Origin: Hormoscilla sp. | GTDB lineage: Bacteria; Cyanobacteriota; Cyanobacteriia; Cyanobacteriales; Desertifilaceae | Assembly: GCA_051439505.1 (NCBI GenBank) | Contig: JBFRWI010000086.1 | Location: 1-64,000, forward strand | Length of the DNA: 64,000 bases | Reading direction: 5' to 3' | Translations under genes and position numbers: made by a program | Notes under the pieces: generated by a model | What the model was told of the DNA's origin: nothing | Seen by the model: only the letters and a program-made list of their open reading frames with translations | Database searches by the model: none | Part shown: one piece after another, positions 11,136 to 20,235 of the stretch | Layout of the letters: every line of letters starts with the position of its first letter | Numbering within the stretch: position 1 is the stretch's first letter

Positions 11136-11417
11136 AAACGGGGTCTTGAGCTTCGGCCACCCTCGTTGATGGCTAGGTTTTGGCTCTGGGGAACCGGTAG
11201 CCGCGATCTCTTGGGATGGCGCAGCGCCCCCAGCGCAGCACATGCGCTATTCGCACTAGGCAGGAGATTGCGAAAGGAACAGACCCGGTCTCTCGGTGGA
11301 CTCGTCGTCAACCGCTGGGTGTGGTACATGTATAGCCCGCGCAGGCGGGTTAGATTACAAAAACGGCTCACAGGGAACGGTTCACTGTTGTCAATGAGCA
11401 CAAGACCACACCCGTTT
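11136..11417 (+). ncRNA. Candidate structured non-coding RNA (unassigned)
   Basis: 5' end AAACGGG-GTCTTG pairs with 3' end CAAGAC-caca-CCCGTTT; at least five internal hairpins; GATAAT -10-like box at 11119-11124; no credible ORF. Confidence 0.4.
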
Positions 11418-11418
11418 A

Positions 11419-11638
11419 AAACCCCAACGGAGAGGTTTTAAACCCCAACCGAGAGGTCCAAAACCCCAACCGAGAGGTTTTAAACCCCAGCCGAGAGGTT
11501 TTAAACCCCAGCCGAGAGGTCCAAAACCCCAGCCGAGAGGTTTTAAACCCCAGCCGAGAGGTTTTAAACCCCAGCCGAGAGGTTTTAAACCCCAGCCGAG
11601 AGGTTTGAAACCCCAACCGAGAGGTCCAAAACCCCAAC
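11419..11638. repeat. Tandem repeat, 21-bp unit x10 plus a partial copy
   Basis: Unit AAACCCCA(G/A)CCGAGAGGT(TTT/CCA), head-to-tail with no spacers. Confidence 0.97.
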
Positions 11639-11714
11639 TCCGAACCCCTTCCCTCACGTGGGGCCATCCGAGTAGACAAGCCCCCTGCGATCGGCTAGTG
11701 GGGCAGAGGGCGCG

Positions 11715-11785
11715 ACGAACCCCGGAAGCACGCTTCGTGCTTACTACGAACCCCGAAGCACGCTTCGTGCTTACTACGAACCCCG
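11715..11785. repeat. ~30-bp tandem duplication of a small hairpin
   Basis: ACGAACCCCG(G)AAGCACGCTTCGTGCTTACT x2 plus a partial copy; internal IR AAGCACG/CGTGCTT. Confidence 0.8.
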
Positions 11786-11851
11786 ACTTGGCGGTAGCGC
11801 CAGAAGATCTTAGAATAAATCCCATGTCCCATCATCTGTCCAGGATCTCTG

Positions 11852-14575
11852 ATGACCGAGACCATTCTGCTCAGCAAATACGACCCCTCTAACACCGAAG
11901 CCAAATGGCAACAATATTGGCAAGACTATCAGGTCTTCCAAGCTGACCCCGCAAAAGGTGGCGAACCTTACTGTGTCGTGATCCCGCCCCCTAATGTCAC
12001 GGGCAGTCTCCATATGGGTCACGCTTTTGAAAGTTCCCTCATCGATACTTTGGTCCGCTACCACCGGATGCGCGGACGCAATACTCTCTGGTTGCCCGGC
12101 ACTGACCACGCTAGCATCGCTGTTCAAACTATTCTGGAAAGACAATTACAAGCTGAAGGCAAATCTCGCTACGATCTGGGCCGCGATCGCTTTCTGGAAC
12201 GGGCCTGGCAATGGAAAGCGGAGTCCGGGGGGACGATATCCAACCAACTGCGACGCCTGGGGGTGTCGGTGGACTGGTCCCGGGAACGCTTTACTATGGA
12301 TGCAGGTTTGTCGAAGGCGGTATTAGCAGCATTCGTCCAATTCTACGAACAAGGATTGATTTATCGCGGCAACTATATGGTTAACTGGTGCCCTGCTTCC
12401 CAGTCGGCAGTCTCCGACCTGGAGGTGGAAAGTAAGGAGGTAAATGGGCATCTGTGGCATTTTCGCTATCCTCTCACTGATGGTAGCGGCTATGTGGAGG
12501 TGGCCACTACCCGACCGGAAACTATGTTGGGAGATACGGCGGTGGCAGTTAATCCCCAAGACGAACGCTATCAGCATTTAATCGGTAAAACAGTTACTTT
12601 GCCAATTATGAACCGGGAAATTCCCATTATTGGCGATGAATTGGTCGATCGGGAGTTCGGGACGGGTTGCGTGAAGGTAACTCCGGCCCACGATCCCAAT
12701 GACTTTGATATGGGCCAGCGCCACCAGTTGCCTTTCATCAATATTATGAATAAGGATGGCAGCTTGAATGAAAATGCGGGAGAGTTCCAGGGACAAGACC
12801 GCTTTGTCGCCCGCAAAAATGTGGTGGCACAGTTGCGCGAAGAAGATTTCCTGGTTAAGGTTGAAGATTATACCCATGCTGTCCCCTATAGCGATCGGGG
12901 CAAGGTACCGGTCGAACCTCTCCTCTCTACCCAGTGGTTCGTGAAAATTCGCCCGATCGCGGATAAAACTCTGGAATTCTTGGACGAAAAAAATTCCCCT
13001 CGGTTTGTCCCCGATCGCTGGACGAAGGTCTATCGAGATTGGCTGGTAAAATTGAAAGACTGGTGTATCTCCCGCCAACTGTGGTGGGGACATCAAATTC
13101 CGGCCTGGTATGCGGTCAGCGAAACGGGAGGCGAAATAACTGATACTACCCCCTTCTTTGTGGCAGGCGATCGGGAAGCAGCAGCAGCAAAAGCGAAAGC
13201 TAAGTTTGGGGAAGATGTCCGGTTAGAACAGGATCCCGACGTGTTAGATACCTGGTTTTCTTCGGGACTATGGCCATTTTCGACCATGGGCTGGCCGGAA
13301 AAAGACCATCCTGACTTAGACTTTTACTATCCGACCACAACTTTGGTAACGGGTTTTGATATCATTTTCTTCTGGGTAGCCCGGATGACGATGATGGCAG
13401 GACATTTTACCGGTCAGATGCCTTTTAAGGATGTCTATATTCACGGGTTGGTCAGGGATGAGAACAATAAAAAAATGTCCAAGTCAGTGGGGAATGGCAT
13501 CGATCCGCTGCTGCTGATTGAGAAATACGGTACGGATGCCCTGCGCTATACTTTGATTAAGGAAGTGGCAGGTGCGGGTCAAGATATCCGCTTGGAATAT
13601 AACCGCAAAACTGATGAGTCAACATCGGTGGAAGCATCCCGCAATTTTGCTAATAAGTTGTGGAATGCGGCCCGGTTTGTGATGATGAACCTGGATGGGA
13701 AAACTCCACAAGCATTGGGTTCGCCTCAAAGGTCGGCCCTGGAACTGTGCGATCGCTGGATTTTGTCTCGGTTCAATCAAGTGGCGCAGCAGACGGGAGA
13801 CTACATAGATAACTATGGTTTGGGAGAAGCGGCGAAGGGACTCTATGAGTTCATCTGGGGAGACTTCTGCGATTGGTACATTGAATTGGTAAAATCGCGG
13901 CTGCGTCAAGATGGGGAACCGGGTTCCAGAATGGTGGCCCAGCAGACTTTGGCCTACGTGTTAGAAGGGATCCTGAAACTGCTGCATCCCTTTATGCCCC
14001 ATGTTACCGAGGAAATTTGGCAGACTCTCACTCAAGCAGTGGCACCGGAAAGTTTGGCGATCGCACTTTATCCCCAGGCCGAGACAAGTATAATAGATGG
14101 CAAGATCGAAGAAAATTTCGCTCTGATAATTGACACGATCCGCACGATCCGGAATTTGCGGGCGGAGGCGGATGTGAAACCCGGAGTGCAGGTGGAGGCG
14201 ATCTTGCAGAGTGAAAGCGTCCGGGAACGCGAAATACTGGAGGCCGGGGAAACTTATCTGCGAGAGATTGGTAAGGTGGAGAAATTAACCATTACCGAGA
14301 CTGTGGGATCCGTTGGGCAGATTATCGCAGGGGTGACGGGGACAGTGCAAGTGCTAATTCCTTTGGCAGCTGTAGTGGATGTAGAGGCCCTGCGTGGTAA
14401 GTTACAGAAGGATTTGGGTAAGATAGAAGCAGAAATAAAATCTCTGTCTGGCCGTCTGAATAATCCGGGTTTTGTTAACAAAGCCCCAGCAGCAGTGGTA
14501 GAAGGGGCCCGCATGAGTCTCGCAGAGTCGGAAAAACAAGCCGAAATTTTGCGCGATCGCCTGAGTCATCTGTGA
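11852..14575 (+). CDS. valS: Valyl-tRNA synthetase
   Basis: [13 protein letters not shown] (HIGH), [17 protein letters not shown] and C-terminal coiled coil. Confidence 0.98.
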   Translation: MTETILLSKYDPSNTEAKWQQYWQDYQVFQADPAKGGEPYCVVIPPPNVTGSLHMGHAFESSLIDTLVRYHRMRGRNTLWLPGTDHASIAVQTILERQLQAEGKSRYDLGRDRFLERAWQWKAESGGTISNQLRRLGVSVDWSRERFTMDAGLSKAVLAAFVQFYEQGLIYRGNYMVNWCPASQSAVSDLEVESKEVNGHLWHFRYPLTDGSGYVEVATTRPETMLGDTAVAVNPQDERYQHLIGKTVTLPIMNREIPIIGDELVDREFGTGCVKVTPAHDPNDFDMGQRHQLPFINIMNKDGSLNENAGEFQGQDRFVARKNVVAQLREEDFLVKVEDYTHAVPYSDRGKVPVEPLLSTQWFVKIRPIADKTLEFLDEKNSPRFVPDRWTKVYRDWLVKLKDWCISRQLWWGHQIPAWYAVSETGGEITDTTPFFVAGDREAAAAKAKAKFGEDVRLEQDPDVLDTWFSSGLWPFSTMGWPEKDHPDLDFYYPTTTLVTGFDIIFFWVARMTMMAGHFTGQMPFKDVYIHGLVRDENNKKMSKSVGNGIDPLLLIEKYGTDALRYTLIKEVAGAGQDIRLEYNRKTDESTSVEASRNFANKLWNAARFVMMNLDGKTPQALGSPQRSALELCDRWILSRFNQVAQQTGDYIDNYGLGEAAKGLYEFIWGDFCDWYIELVKSRLRQDGEPGSRMVAQQTLAYVLEGILKLLHPFMPHVTEEIWQTLTQAVAPESLAIALYPQAETSIIDGKIEENFALIIDTIRTIRNLRAEADVKPGVQVEAILQSESVREREILEAGETYLREIGKVEKLTITETVGSVGQIIAGVTGTVQVLIPLAAVVDVEALRGKLQKDLGKIEAEIKSLSGRLNNPGFVNKAPAAVVEGARMSLAESEKQAEILRDRLSHL

Positions 14576-14588
14576 AGATAGAGAGACA

Positions 14589-15056
14589 ATGAAGGAAGCT
14601 AGAGAAGGTACGAAAATTCTATATCTAGCCCAAGTGCAAAAGCAGTCCGGCAAAGCTGGACTGCGGTTGCTAGCTGCTTATCAAGAAGAGACTTGGGCGA
14701 TCGTTCGGAAGCAAGAAGTCCTATGGTGTACGCAAGCTGCCGAGTGGGATAAAGGGATGCTAGTGTTGGCAGAATTTGCGGGGGAAGGCAAGATTACTAA
14801 CATTCGCGACGCCACGGGATGGATTCTTTATTTTATGGAACAATACCTGACTAGCGGCATTACGCCCGAGTTTTTAAGGGAAGAGGCCGATCGGGCGGAA
14901 CAGTGGCGGCACGAACTGACTGTAGAAAGCCAGGATCTAGCCCGGCGCAAATTGGAATTAGAAGCGCGTATGGAACAGATTCAGGGATTATCAGAAAGCC
15001 TCAAGCAGCGAGAAAAGGAACTGGAACGGAGGGAAAAGGAATTAAGTGGGAAGTAG
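14589..15056 (+). CDS. Conserved cyanobacterial hypothetical protein (LYLAQV N-terminus resembling HmpF N-terminal region; C-terminal coiled coil)
   Basis: 155 aa; YLTSGITPEFL.EE..RAEQWR..LT..SQDLARR motif. Confidence 0.65.
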   Translation: MKEAREGTKILYLAQVQKQSGKAGLRLLAAYQEETWAIVRKQEVLWCTQAAEWDKGMLVLAEFAGEGKITNIRDATGWILYFMEQYLTSGITPEFLREEADRAEQWRHELTVESQDLARRKLELEARMEQIQGLSESLKQREKELERREKELSGK

Positions 15057-15118
15057 GGTGGGCACCGCCCACCACCAGATATTGAGCCCCCGCCGACATT
15101 ACAAATGTGTAAATAATT

Positions 15119-15613
15119 ATGTCCACCTACTTAGAAGAAGGAGAAAGGGTAGCTATGATGACATCTGAAGCGATCGGGACTGATGCTAAGCTTTACGATC
15201 TAGATTACAACCTGTGGTTAGAAAAGACGATCGGGCAGTTGCGCGATCGGGCTTTTACGGAAATTGACTTAGAGAACCTACTTGAAGAGTTAGAGGCGAT
15301 GGGTAGAAGCGAAAAACGGGCGGTGTACAGCAACTTGAAGATTTTGTTAATGCATTTGCTGAAGTACAGATATCAGCCTGACAGGCGATCTAATAGTTGG
15401 CGAAGTACGATAAGAGAGCACAGACAAAGATTAACAGAATCTTTTCAAGAGAGTCCGAGTTTGAAAGGTTACTCTAATAATGTTTTCGACGCCTGTTATC
15501 AAAAGGCGAGAGAGTTAGCAGCGGATGAGACAGGATTAGATATAGAAGCTTTTCCCGATGAATCACCTTTTTCGATAGCAGAGACCCTGGATAGTGAATA
15601 TTTGCCGAATTGA
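15119..15613 (+). CDS. DUF29 family protein
   Basis: LYDLDYNLWL...IDLENLLEELEAMGRSEKR...LLMHLLKY...SW..TI.EHR; the true start may be the MMTS ATG. Confidence 0.88.
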   Translation: MSTYLEEGERVAMMTSEAIGTDAKLYDLDYNLWLEKTIGQLRDRAFTEIDLENLLEELEAMGRSEKRAVYSNLKILLMHLLKYRYQPDRRSNSWRSTIREHRQRLTESFQESPSLKGYSNNVFDACYQKARELAADETGLDIEAFPDESPFSIAETLDSEYLPN

Positions 15614-15873
15614 CGGATGAAGAGCGATCGCCTTTTATCACAGATGCGGTGCGGACTTTTTTGGCAGCCAGGCCCGATCTGCGAGAGGCGATCGCCTGTA
15701 AACTATACGAACGGGGCGTTTTTTCCCTTGGTCGTGCGGCAGAATGGAGTGGCCTGAATATTGAAGCGATGAAGCAAGCGCTTGAGCGGTGGGGAGTAGT
15801 CCGCGAGGCGATCGAGACTCAAGCGGAAATAGAGGCAATGGCTCATAATACTCTGAAAGCAGCAGGAAGATGA
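15610..15873 (+). CDS. UPF0175 family (HTH antitoxin-like) protein
   Basis: IACKLYERGVFSLGRAAEWSGL motif; start codon uncertain. Confidence 0.7.
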   Translation: MTDEERSPFITDAVRTFLAARPDLREAIACKLYERGVFSLGRAAEWSGLNIEAMKQALERWGVVREAIETQAEIEAMAHNTLKAAGR

Positions 15874-15950
15874 CCCAAGTACACCATATTGTCTAGCAGG
15901 TATACCGCTGTCGCCCCGAGCAAGTTTACAAAACTTAATATAAAATTGGT

Positions 15951-15978
15951 ATGACATCGCGCCCGCTCCTATTATCAT
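15951..15978 (+). promoter_or_regulatory. Putative sigma70-type promoter of TerB-like gene 1
   Basis: ATGACA-N16-TATCAT, homologous to the promoter at 20164-20192. Confidence 0.45.
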
Positions 15979-16013
15979 GATGGAGTGGAAAAACGAAAAA
16001 CGGAGAATTGAAT

Positions 16014-16496
16014 ATGTCCGATATAGAACAAGACGGGAGTCTGTGGGCCTACAGCAACTTATATGGGGTGAAAACAGTACCGCCGGATGCGGACTATAAG
16101 ACCTTTGCCAAAGCAGTTCTAATCTGTGCAAAAGGAGATGGAGTCCTGGCACCAGAAGAAAGAAACTGGTTTCTTGGTCGTGCTGCTTGCTATGGCGATC
16201 GGGAGGCGTATGAATTCGCTAAAACTTACCAGGCAGATGAGGATTTGCTGGAAGTTCTCGCCCAGTCCTCTATGGTGGATAAAAACCTGCGTCGTATAAT
16301 TATCTATGTTGCTATTCAGACTTGTTCGGCTGATGGAGAATATCATCCAGACGAACGGGCAAAAATCCACCAAATGGCAAAATATCTTGGGATTGAAGAA
16401 AATGTTGTCAGTCAGATTGAGGAATTTTGCATGGAAGAAGCTAAGATGCGAGAAAAACGGATTGGCCTAATGTTTCCCGAAGGCATTCCTTTTTAG
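16014..16496 (+). CDS. TerB-like helical protein (paralogue 1)
   Basis: Two (A/G)DGxxxxxE motifs (AKGDGVLAPEER, SADGEYHPDER) and a MAKYLGI segment. Confidence 0.7.
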   Translation: MSDIEQDGSLWAYSNLYGVKTVPPDADYKTFAKAVLICAKGDGVLAPEERNWFLGRAACYGDREAYEFAKTYQADEDLLEVLAQSSMVDKNLRRIIIYVAIQTCSADGEYHPDERAKIHQMAKYLGIEENVVSQIEEFCMEEAKMREKRIGLMFPEGIPF

Positions 16497-16556
16497 AGCA
16501 TAGATTATGTTGCAGGATTAGAGCATGATAGTGCGGACATAATCGCTCTTTTGTCT

Positions 16557-16592
16557 AGAAACCCGGTAAGCCATGAGTTACCGGGTTTCTTA
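16557..16592 (+). terminator. Hairpin downstream of TerB-like gene 1
   Basis: AGAAACCCGGTAA...TTACCGGGTTTCT 13-bp stem followed by an AT-rich run. Confidence 0.5.
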
Positions 16593-16658
16593 ATTATTTC
16601 ATTTAGATTCACCCGATTGGCGGGAAGGAAGTGGTCAAGCTAAAGGAGGTTACAACTG

Positions 16659-17687
16659 ATGAGTTTATCAAATTATCCAGTCAACCCGAACCAAATAACA
16701 ACAACCATGCTAGAAATGATCGGAGGTTTCCGGATTTCACAGTGTATCTATATTGCTGCCAAACTCGGAATTGCTGATTTGCTCAAAGACGGAGAACAAC
16801 ACTGCGATGCTTTGGCCACGGCAACGAATAGCAACAAGGATGCAATTTATCGACTATTACGAGCTTTAGCTAGTGTCGGCATTTTTGCTGAAACTCAGCC
16901 CCAATATTTTAAGCTAACCCCACTAGCAATATGTTTACAAAGCGATGTTCCCAACTCCTTAAATGCTTATGCAATCATGTTAGGTGAGGAAGTTTATCAA
17001 GCCTGGGGAAATTTGATGTATAGCATGGAGACTGGTCAGAATGCTTTTGAGAACTTATATGGCATGAAGTTATACGAGTTTTTTCAGCAAAACTCTACCT
17101 CAGGGAAAAATTTCGATCGCGCGATGACAGACCTTTCAGGAGTTGTCAATCATGCGATATTAGCTGCTTACGATTTTTCAGGCATTGGCAAGTTGGTTGA
17201 TGTCGGTGGTGGTAATGGTAGATTACTTTCTTCTATTCTTGAAGCTTACCCTACTATGACTGGGGTGTTGTTCGATCGACCCGATGTGATTAACAGAGCC
17301 TCAGATTGGCTCTCAATAACAGTCCTAGGCGATCGCCTGAAACTGGCAAAAGGCGATTTCTTTAAAACTATGCCAGTGGGGGGAGATGCCTATCTGCTCA
17401 AACATATTATTCATAACTGGGGTGACGATCGGGCGATCGCTATTCTCAAGAACTGCTATCAAGCTATGGGAGAACAAGGACGGCTGTTGGCGATCGAGAC
17501 AGTAATTCTCCCTGGAAACGAGCCTGACCCAAGTAAATTTATGGATATAAGTATGTTGGTGCTGTCAGGGGGTGGACGGGAGCGAACCGAGGCTGAGTAT
17601 GGAGAGTTGTTGAAGGCGGCTGGGTTCAAACTCACGAAAATAGTCCCGACAGCATCAGAGGTTAGTGTGATTGAGGCAGTGAAATAA
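16659..17687 (+). CDS. SAM-dependent O-methyltransferase (COMT-like, with dimerisation domain)
   Basis: AAKLGIADLL, LVDVGGGNG, GDFF, DAYLLKHIIHNW and GGRERT motifs. Confidence 0.92.
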   Translation: MSLSNYPVNPNQITTTMLEMIGGFRISQCIYIAAKLGIADLLKDGEQHCDALATATNSNKDAIYRLLRALASVGIFAETQPQYFKLTPLAICLQSDVPNSLNAYAIMLGEEVYQAWGNLMYSMETGQNAFENLYGMKLYEFFQQNSTSGKNFDRAMTDLSGVVNHAILAAYDFSGIGKLVDVGGGNGRLLSSILEAYPTMTGVLFDRPDVINRASDWLSITVLGDRLKLAKGDFFKTMPVGGDAYLLKHIIHNWGDDRAIAILKNCYQAMGEQGRLLAIETVILPGNEPDPSKFMDISMLVLSGGGRERTEAEYGELLKAAGFKLTKIVPTASEVSVIEAVK

Positions 17688-17759
17688 AAATTTACTGCCT
17701 CGAATAACGCACAAATTGAAGTATAAATTACCTCAAGGTTGCTGAGGTCCGATTGGCGA

Positions 17760-19337
17760 TTATGATGCAAATTTTTGGCCCAAATTTTTAGCAAAATAAG
17801 TCGGATTCATCAAGCATTTTACTACAGCTTTGAACCCATAAATCACGCGACCTTTTAGACCAGCCTTGACAACGACGACGCGATTGAATGGACTAACCGG
17901 TAACTTGGCGATTATTTCTTGAGCCAAGGCTTCCTTCTGGCCAGGCCCTCGTAAACGAAACTGGGTAGCTTGGGTAGGACCATATACTATGCGCAGCCAG
18001 AGGCGAGGATGTAAGAAAAAGTATTTCCATAATGGCGGTTTGCACCCAATTAAATCGGCTAGTTCGTCGATGTAGATATGATAATCAATTAAGCTTCTTA
18101 TTCTGGCAGCATGATGTTCAAACTGTTCTAAATATTTCGCCCGATCGATAGATGCCACCTCTGCCATTTTTCCAGAAGCTGTAAGGGTCCGTTTACCAGT
18201 GCAAATTAAGGCAAAAAACCGTGCTTGCATTTCTATAATCGGAAACTGACTTCCCAAGGCCGGACGTGCCCAGCCAATCCAAACAATTTTGTCCCGATAC
18301 TGGGAATGAAACATATGTTTGTAAAGACTCCGGGGATCAGTTTTCTTCAGTTCAGGAGGAAGGAAAGACACGTAGTTTTTGTAGCCTGTGCAAAAAACTA
18401 CCGCATCTACGTTTTGCAGGGTTTCCCCCTCGGCAGCGCTCAATGTCCTGCCGCCATCTTCTACCCTCAAGATTTCGCCGACCACCCTACACCCATGATG
18501 CACGATTGCCTCGGGTAATGAGAAATTTTTTGTTCCGTATATCCCCCAGATTCCGTTTTTGCAATTAATCTTCTGATTGAGCTTAACGGCAGTATCGTAC
18601 ATGGGATCGTTGAAGCTCAACCACTTGCGGGAGATAAGTTGGCTCAAGGTCTGTCCATATTCCCTCGGTAGTCCGTATACACCCCTATGGCTAGCATTGT
18701 CGAGGGCAAAGTCACCTCTCTTCCTGGGTATTATCCACCCGGCTGAATTCCGAAGGCTGACCCAGCAATTATTGGCCACGCGAGATATTTCTAGTGCGAT
18801 GTCTGCACCTGATTCACCTCCGCCAACAACTAATACATTCTTGCCCACAAAGCGATCGCCGTTACGATATTCTTGGGAATGGTAAAACTCTACCTCAGTT
18901 AATAAGTCTTTCCACTCGGGATAATTTCGGATCCTGTTGTTCCCGATCGCCAAGGCCAATCGTTTTGAGAGCAAAGTCTCTCCAGATGCTAATTGAACTT
19001 GCCACCCTTGATTTTCTTGGGGAGTGACGGCTACAACTTGGGAGTTGAAACGAATTTTATCGAGAACGCAAAAATGGTTACCATACCTCTGCAAATAGTC
19101 AACCGCTTGGTTCTTAGTCCAGAATTCATGCTGATTTCCATCACCAATCCAGAAGTCAGAAAACATACTAAATGAGCAAGATGTGGTCATCACTAAACTT
19201 TCGTAGGCATTAGCATAAACACCTCCTATATCCTCGGCTTGCTCCAAACATACTACATCAGGCACCCCTTGTTCTAGTAATTCTTTGGTAGTCACCAGAC
19301 CTGCTGGGCCGGCTCCAATCACGATGCAATCCAACAT
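17760..19337 (-). CDS. Class B flavin-containing monooxygenase (FMO family)
   Basis: GAGPAG (FAD), HSQEY (FMO signature), GGGESG (NADPH), FCTGY, and C-terminal QFRLRGPG. Confidence 0.88.
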   Translation of the reverse strand: MLDCIVIGAGPAGLVTTKELLEQGVPDVVCLEQAEDIGGVYANAYESLVMTTSCSFSMFSDFWIGDGNQHEFWTKNQAVDYLQRYGNHFCVLDKIRFNSQVVAVTPQENQGWQVQLASGETLLSKRLALAIGNNRIRNYPEWKDLLTEVEFYHSQEYRNGDRFVGKNVLVVGGGESGADIALEISRVANNCWVSLRNSAGWIIPRKRGDFALDNASHRGVYGLPREYGQTLSQLISRKWLSFNDPMYDTAVKLNQKINCKNGIWGIYGTKNFSLPEAIVHHGCRVVGEILRVEDGGRTLSAAEGETLQNVDAVVFCTGYKNYVSFLPPELKKTDPRSLYKHMFHSQYRDKIVWIGWARPALGSQFPIIEMQARFFALICTGKRTLTASGKMAEVASIDRAKYLEQFEHHAARIRSLIDYHIYIDELADLIGCKPPLWKYFFLHPRLWLRIVYGPTQATQFRLRGPGQKEALAQEIIAKLPVSPFNRVVVVKAGLKGRVIYGFKAVVKCLMNPTYFAKNLGQKFAS

Positions 19338-19480
19338 CTAATTTAACCTTCTATTTTTTGAGAGTTCTATCGAAAACTCTATGTAATTTTTTCGAGTAAG
19401 TACTTCCTTAAAGCGGAAGCATAACAGGGATAATACTCGATTTTTTTACTCCTGTTATGCTTTCACTTGCACTGGGTCAT

Positions 19481-19630
19481 GGGTGTGGTCAAAACCCGTT
19501 GATCGATCATGGGATACCTCAGTCGCCGGATCCCCCCAAACCCCCCTTAAAAAGGGGGGCGAAGACCGCCCCCCCCTTTCGGAAGGGGGGGTTTGGGGGG
19601 GATCGGCTGCAACTACTTTTGACCACACCC
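19481..19630. mobile_element. 150-bp MITE
   Basis: 14-bp TIR GGGTGTGGTCAAAA/TTTTGACCACACCC; 9-bp TSD CTGGGTCAT at 19472-19480 and 19631-19639; G/C-run cruciform core. Confidence 0.92.
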
Positions 19631-19648
19631 CTGGGTCATGGATATTTT

Positions 19649-20128
19649 CTAATAAGGCACGCCTTCGGGAAAGATGAGGCCAATCCGTTGTTCTCGGATT
19701 TTGGCTTCGGACATGCACAGTTCCTCAAGTTGATTGACGACATCTTCTTCGATACCCAGCGCTTTGGCCATTTTGTGAACTTTTGCCCGTTCATCTGGAT
19801 GGTATTCTCCATCCGCAGCACAAGCCTGAATCGCCACATAAATTAGCATACGACGACCGCTCTTGTCCACAGCAGATGATTTAGCTACTACATCAAGCAA
19901 ATCTTCATCAGCTGGGTAATTTTTGGCTAATTCATAACCGGGATTGCGTAGCGTAGCAGCGCGACCAACAACCCAGTTTCTTTCTTCTGGTGCCAGTACG
20001 CCGTCTGCTTTTGCACAAATGAGAGCCGCTTTGATAAAGGTCTCATAGTCCTCAGCCGGTGGGATGCTTTTAATGCCATAAAGCTCCTTCAGGGTCCATA
20101 GTTGAGCATCCCGATCCATATCCGACAT
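19649..20128 (-). CDS. TerB-like helical protein (paralogue 2)
   Basis: Aligns end to end with 16014-16496; AKADGVLAPEER and AADGEYHPDER. Confidence 0.7.
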   Translation of the reverse strand: MSDMDRDAQLWTLKELYGIKSIPPAEDYETFIKAALICAKADGVLAPEERNWVVGRAATLRNPGYELAKNYPADEDLLDVVAKSSAVDKSGRRMLIYVAIQACAADGEYHPDERAKVHKMAKALGIEEDVVNQLEELCMSEAKIREQRIGLIFPEGVPY

Positions 20129-20163
20129 ATTCTCTTCTCCGTTTTGAGTCTGGGAACTCCATC

Positions 20164-20192
20164 ACTGTAACAGTAATCTGGCGCGGTGTCAA
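20164..20192 (-). promoter_or_regulatory. Putative sigma70-type promoter of TerB-like gene 2
   Basis: TTGACA-N17-TACAGT on the minus strand. Confidence 0.55.
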
Positions 20193-20235
20193 GACGTTAA
20201 TATGGTAAAGTTCTTTGGATACAGCCAAGGCAAAA

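Noticed and set aside
11136..11417. Retron msr-msd or DGR template region
   Set aside because: The ends pair, but there is no reverse transcriptase in the window and no adenine-specific TR/VR pair
11419..11638. CRISPR array
   Set aside because: The units are contiguous with no unique spacers, and no cas genes are in the window
11391..11825. ORFs with GLKPLGW / KTSRLGF / KPQPRG repeats
   Set aside because: Open frames are a by-product of the stop-free 21-bp repeat; no RBS or domain is evident
11136..11851. T-box riboswitch for valS
   Set aside because: GGGTGTGGTAC only loosely resembles the T-box; no clear specifier stem or U-tailed terminator; ~430 nt of repeats separate it from valS
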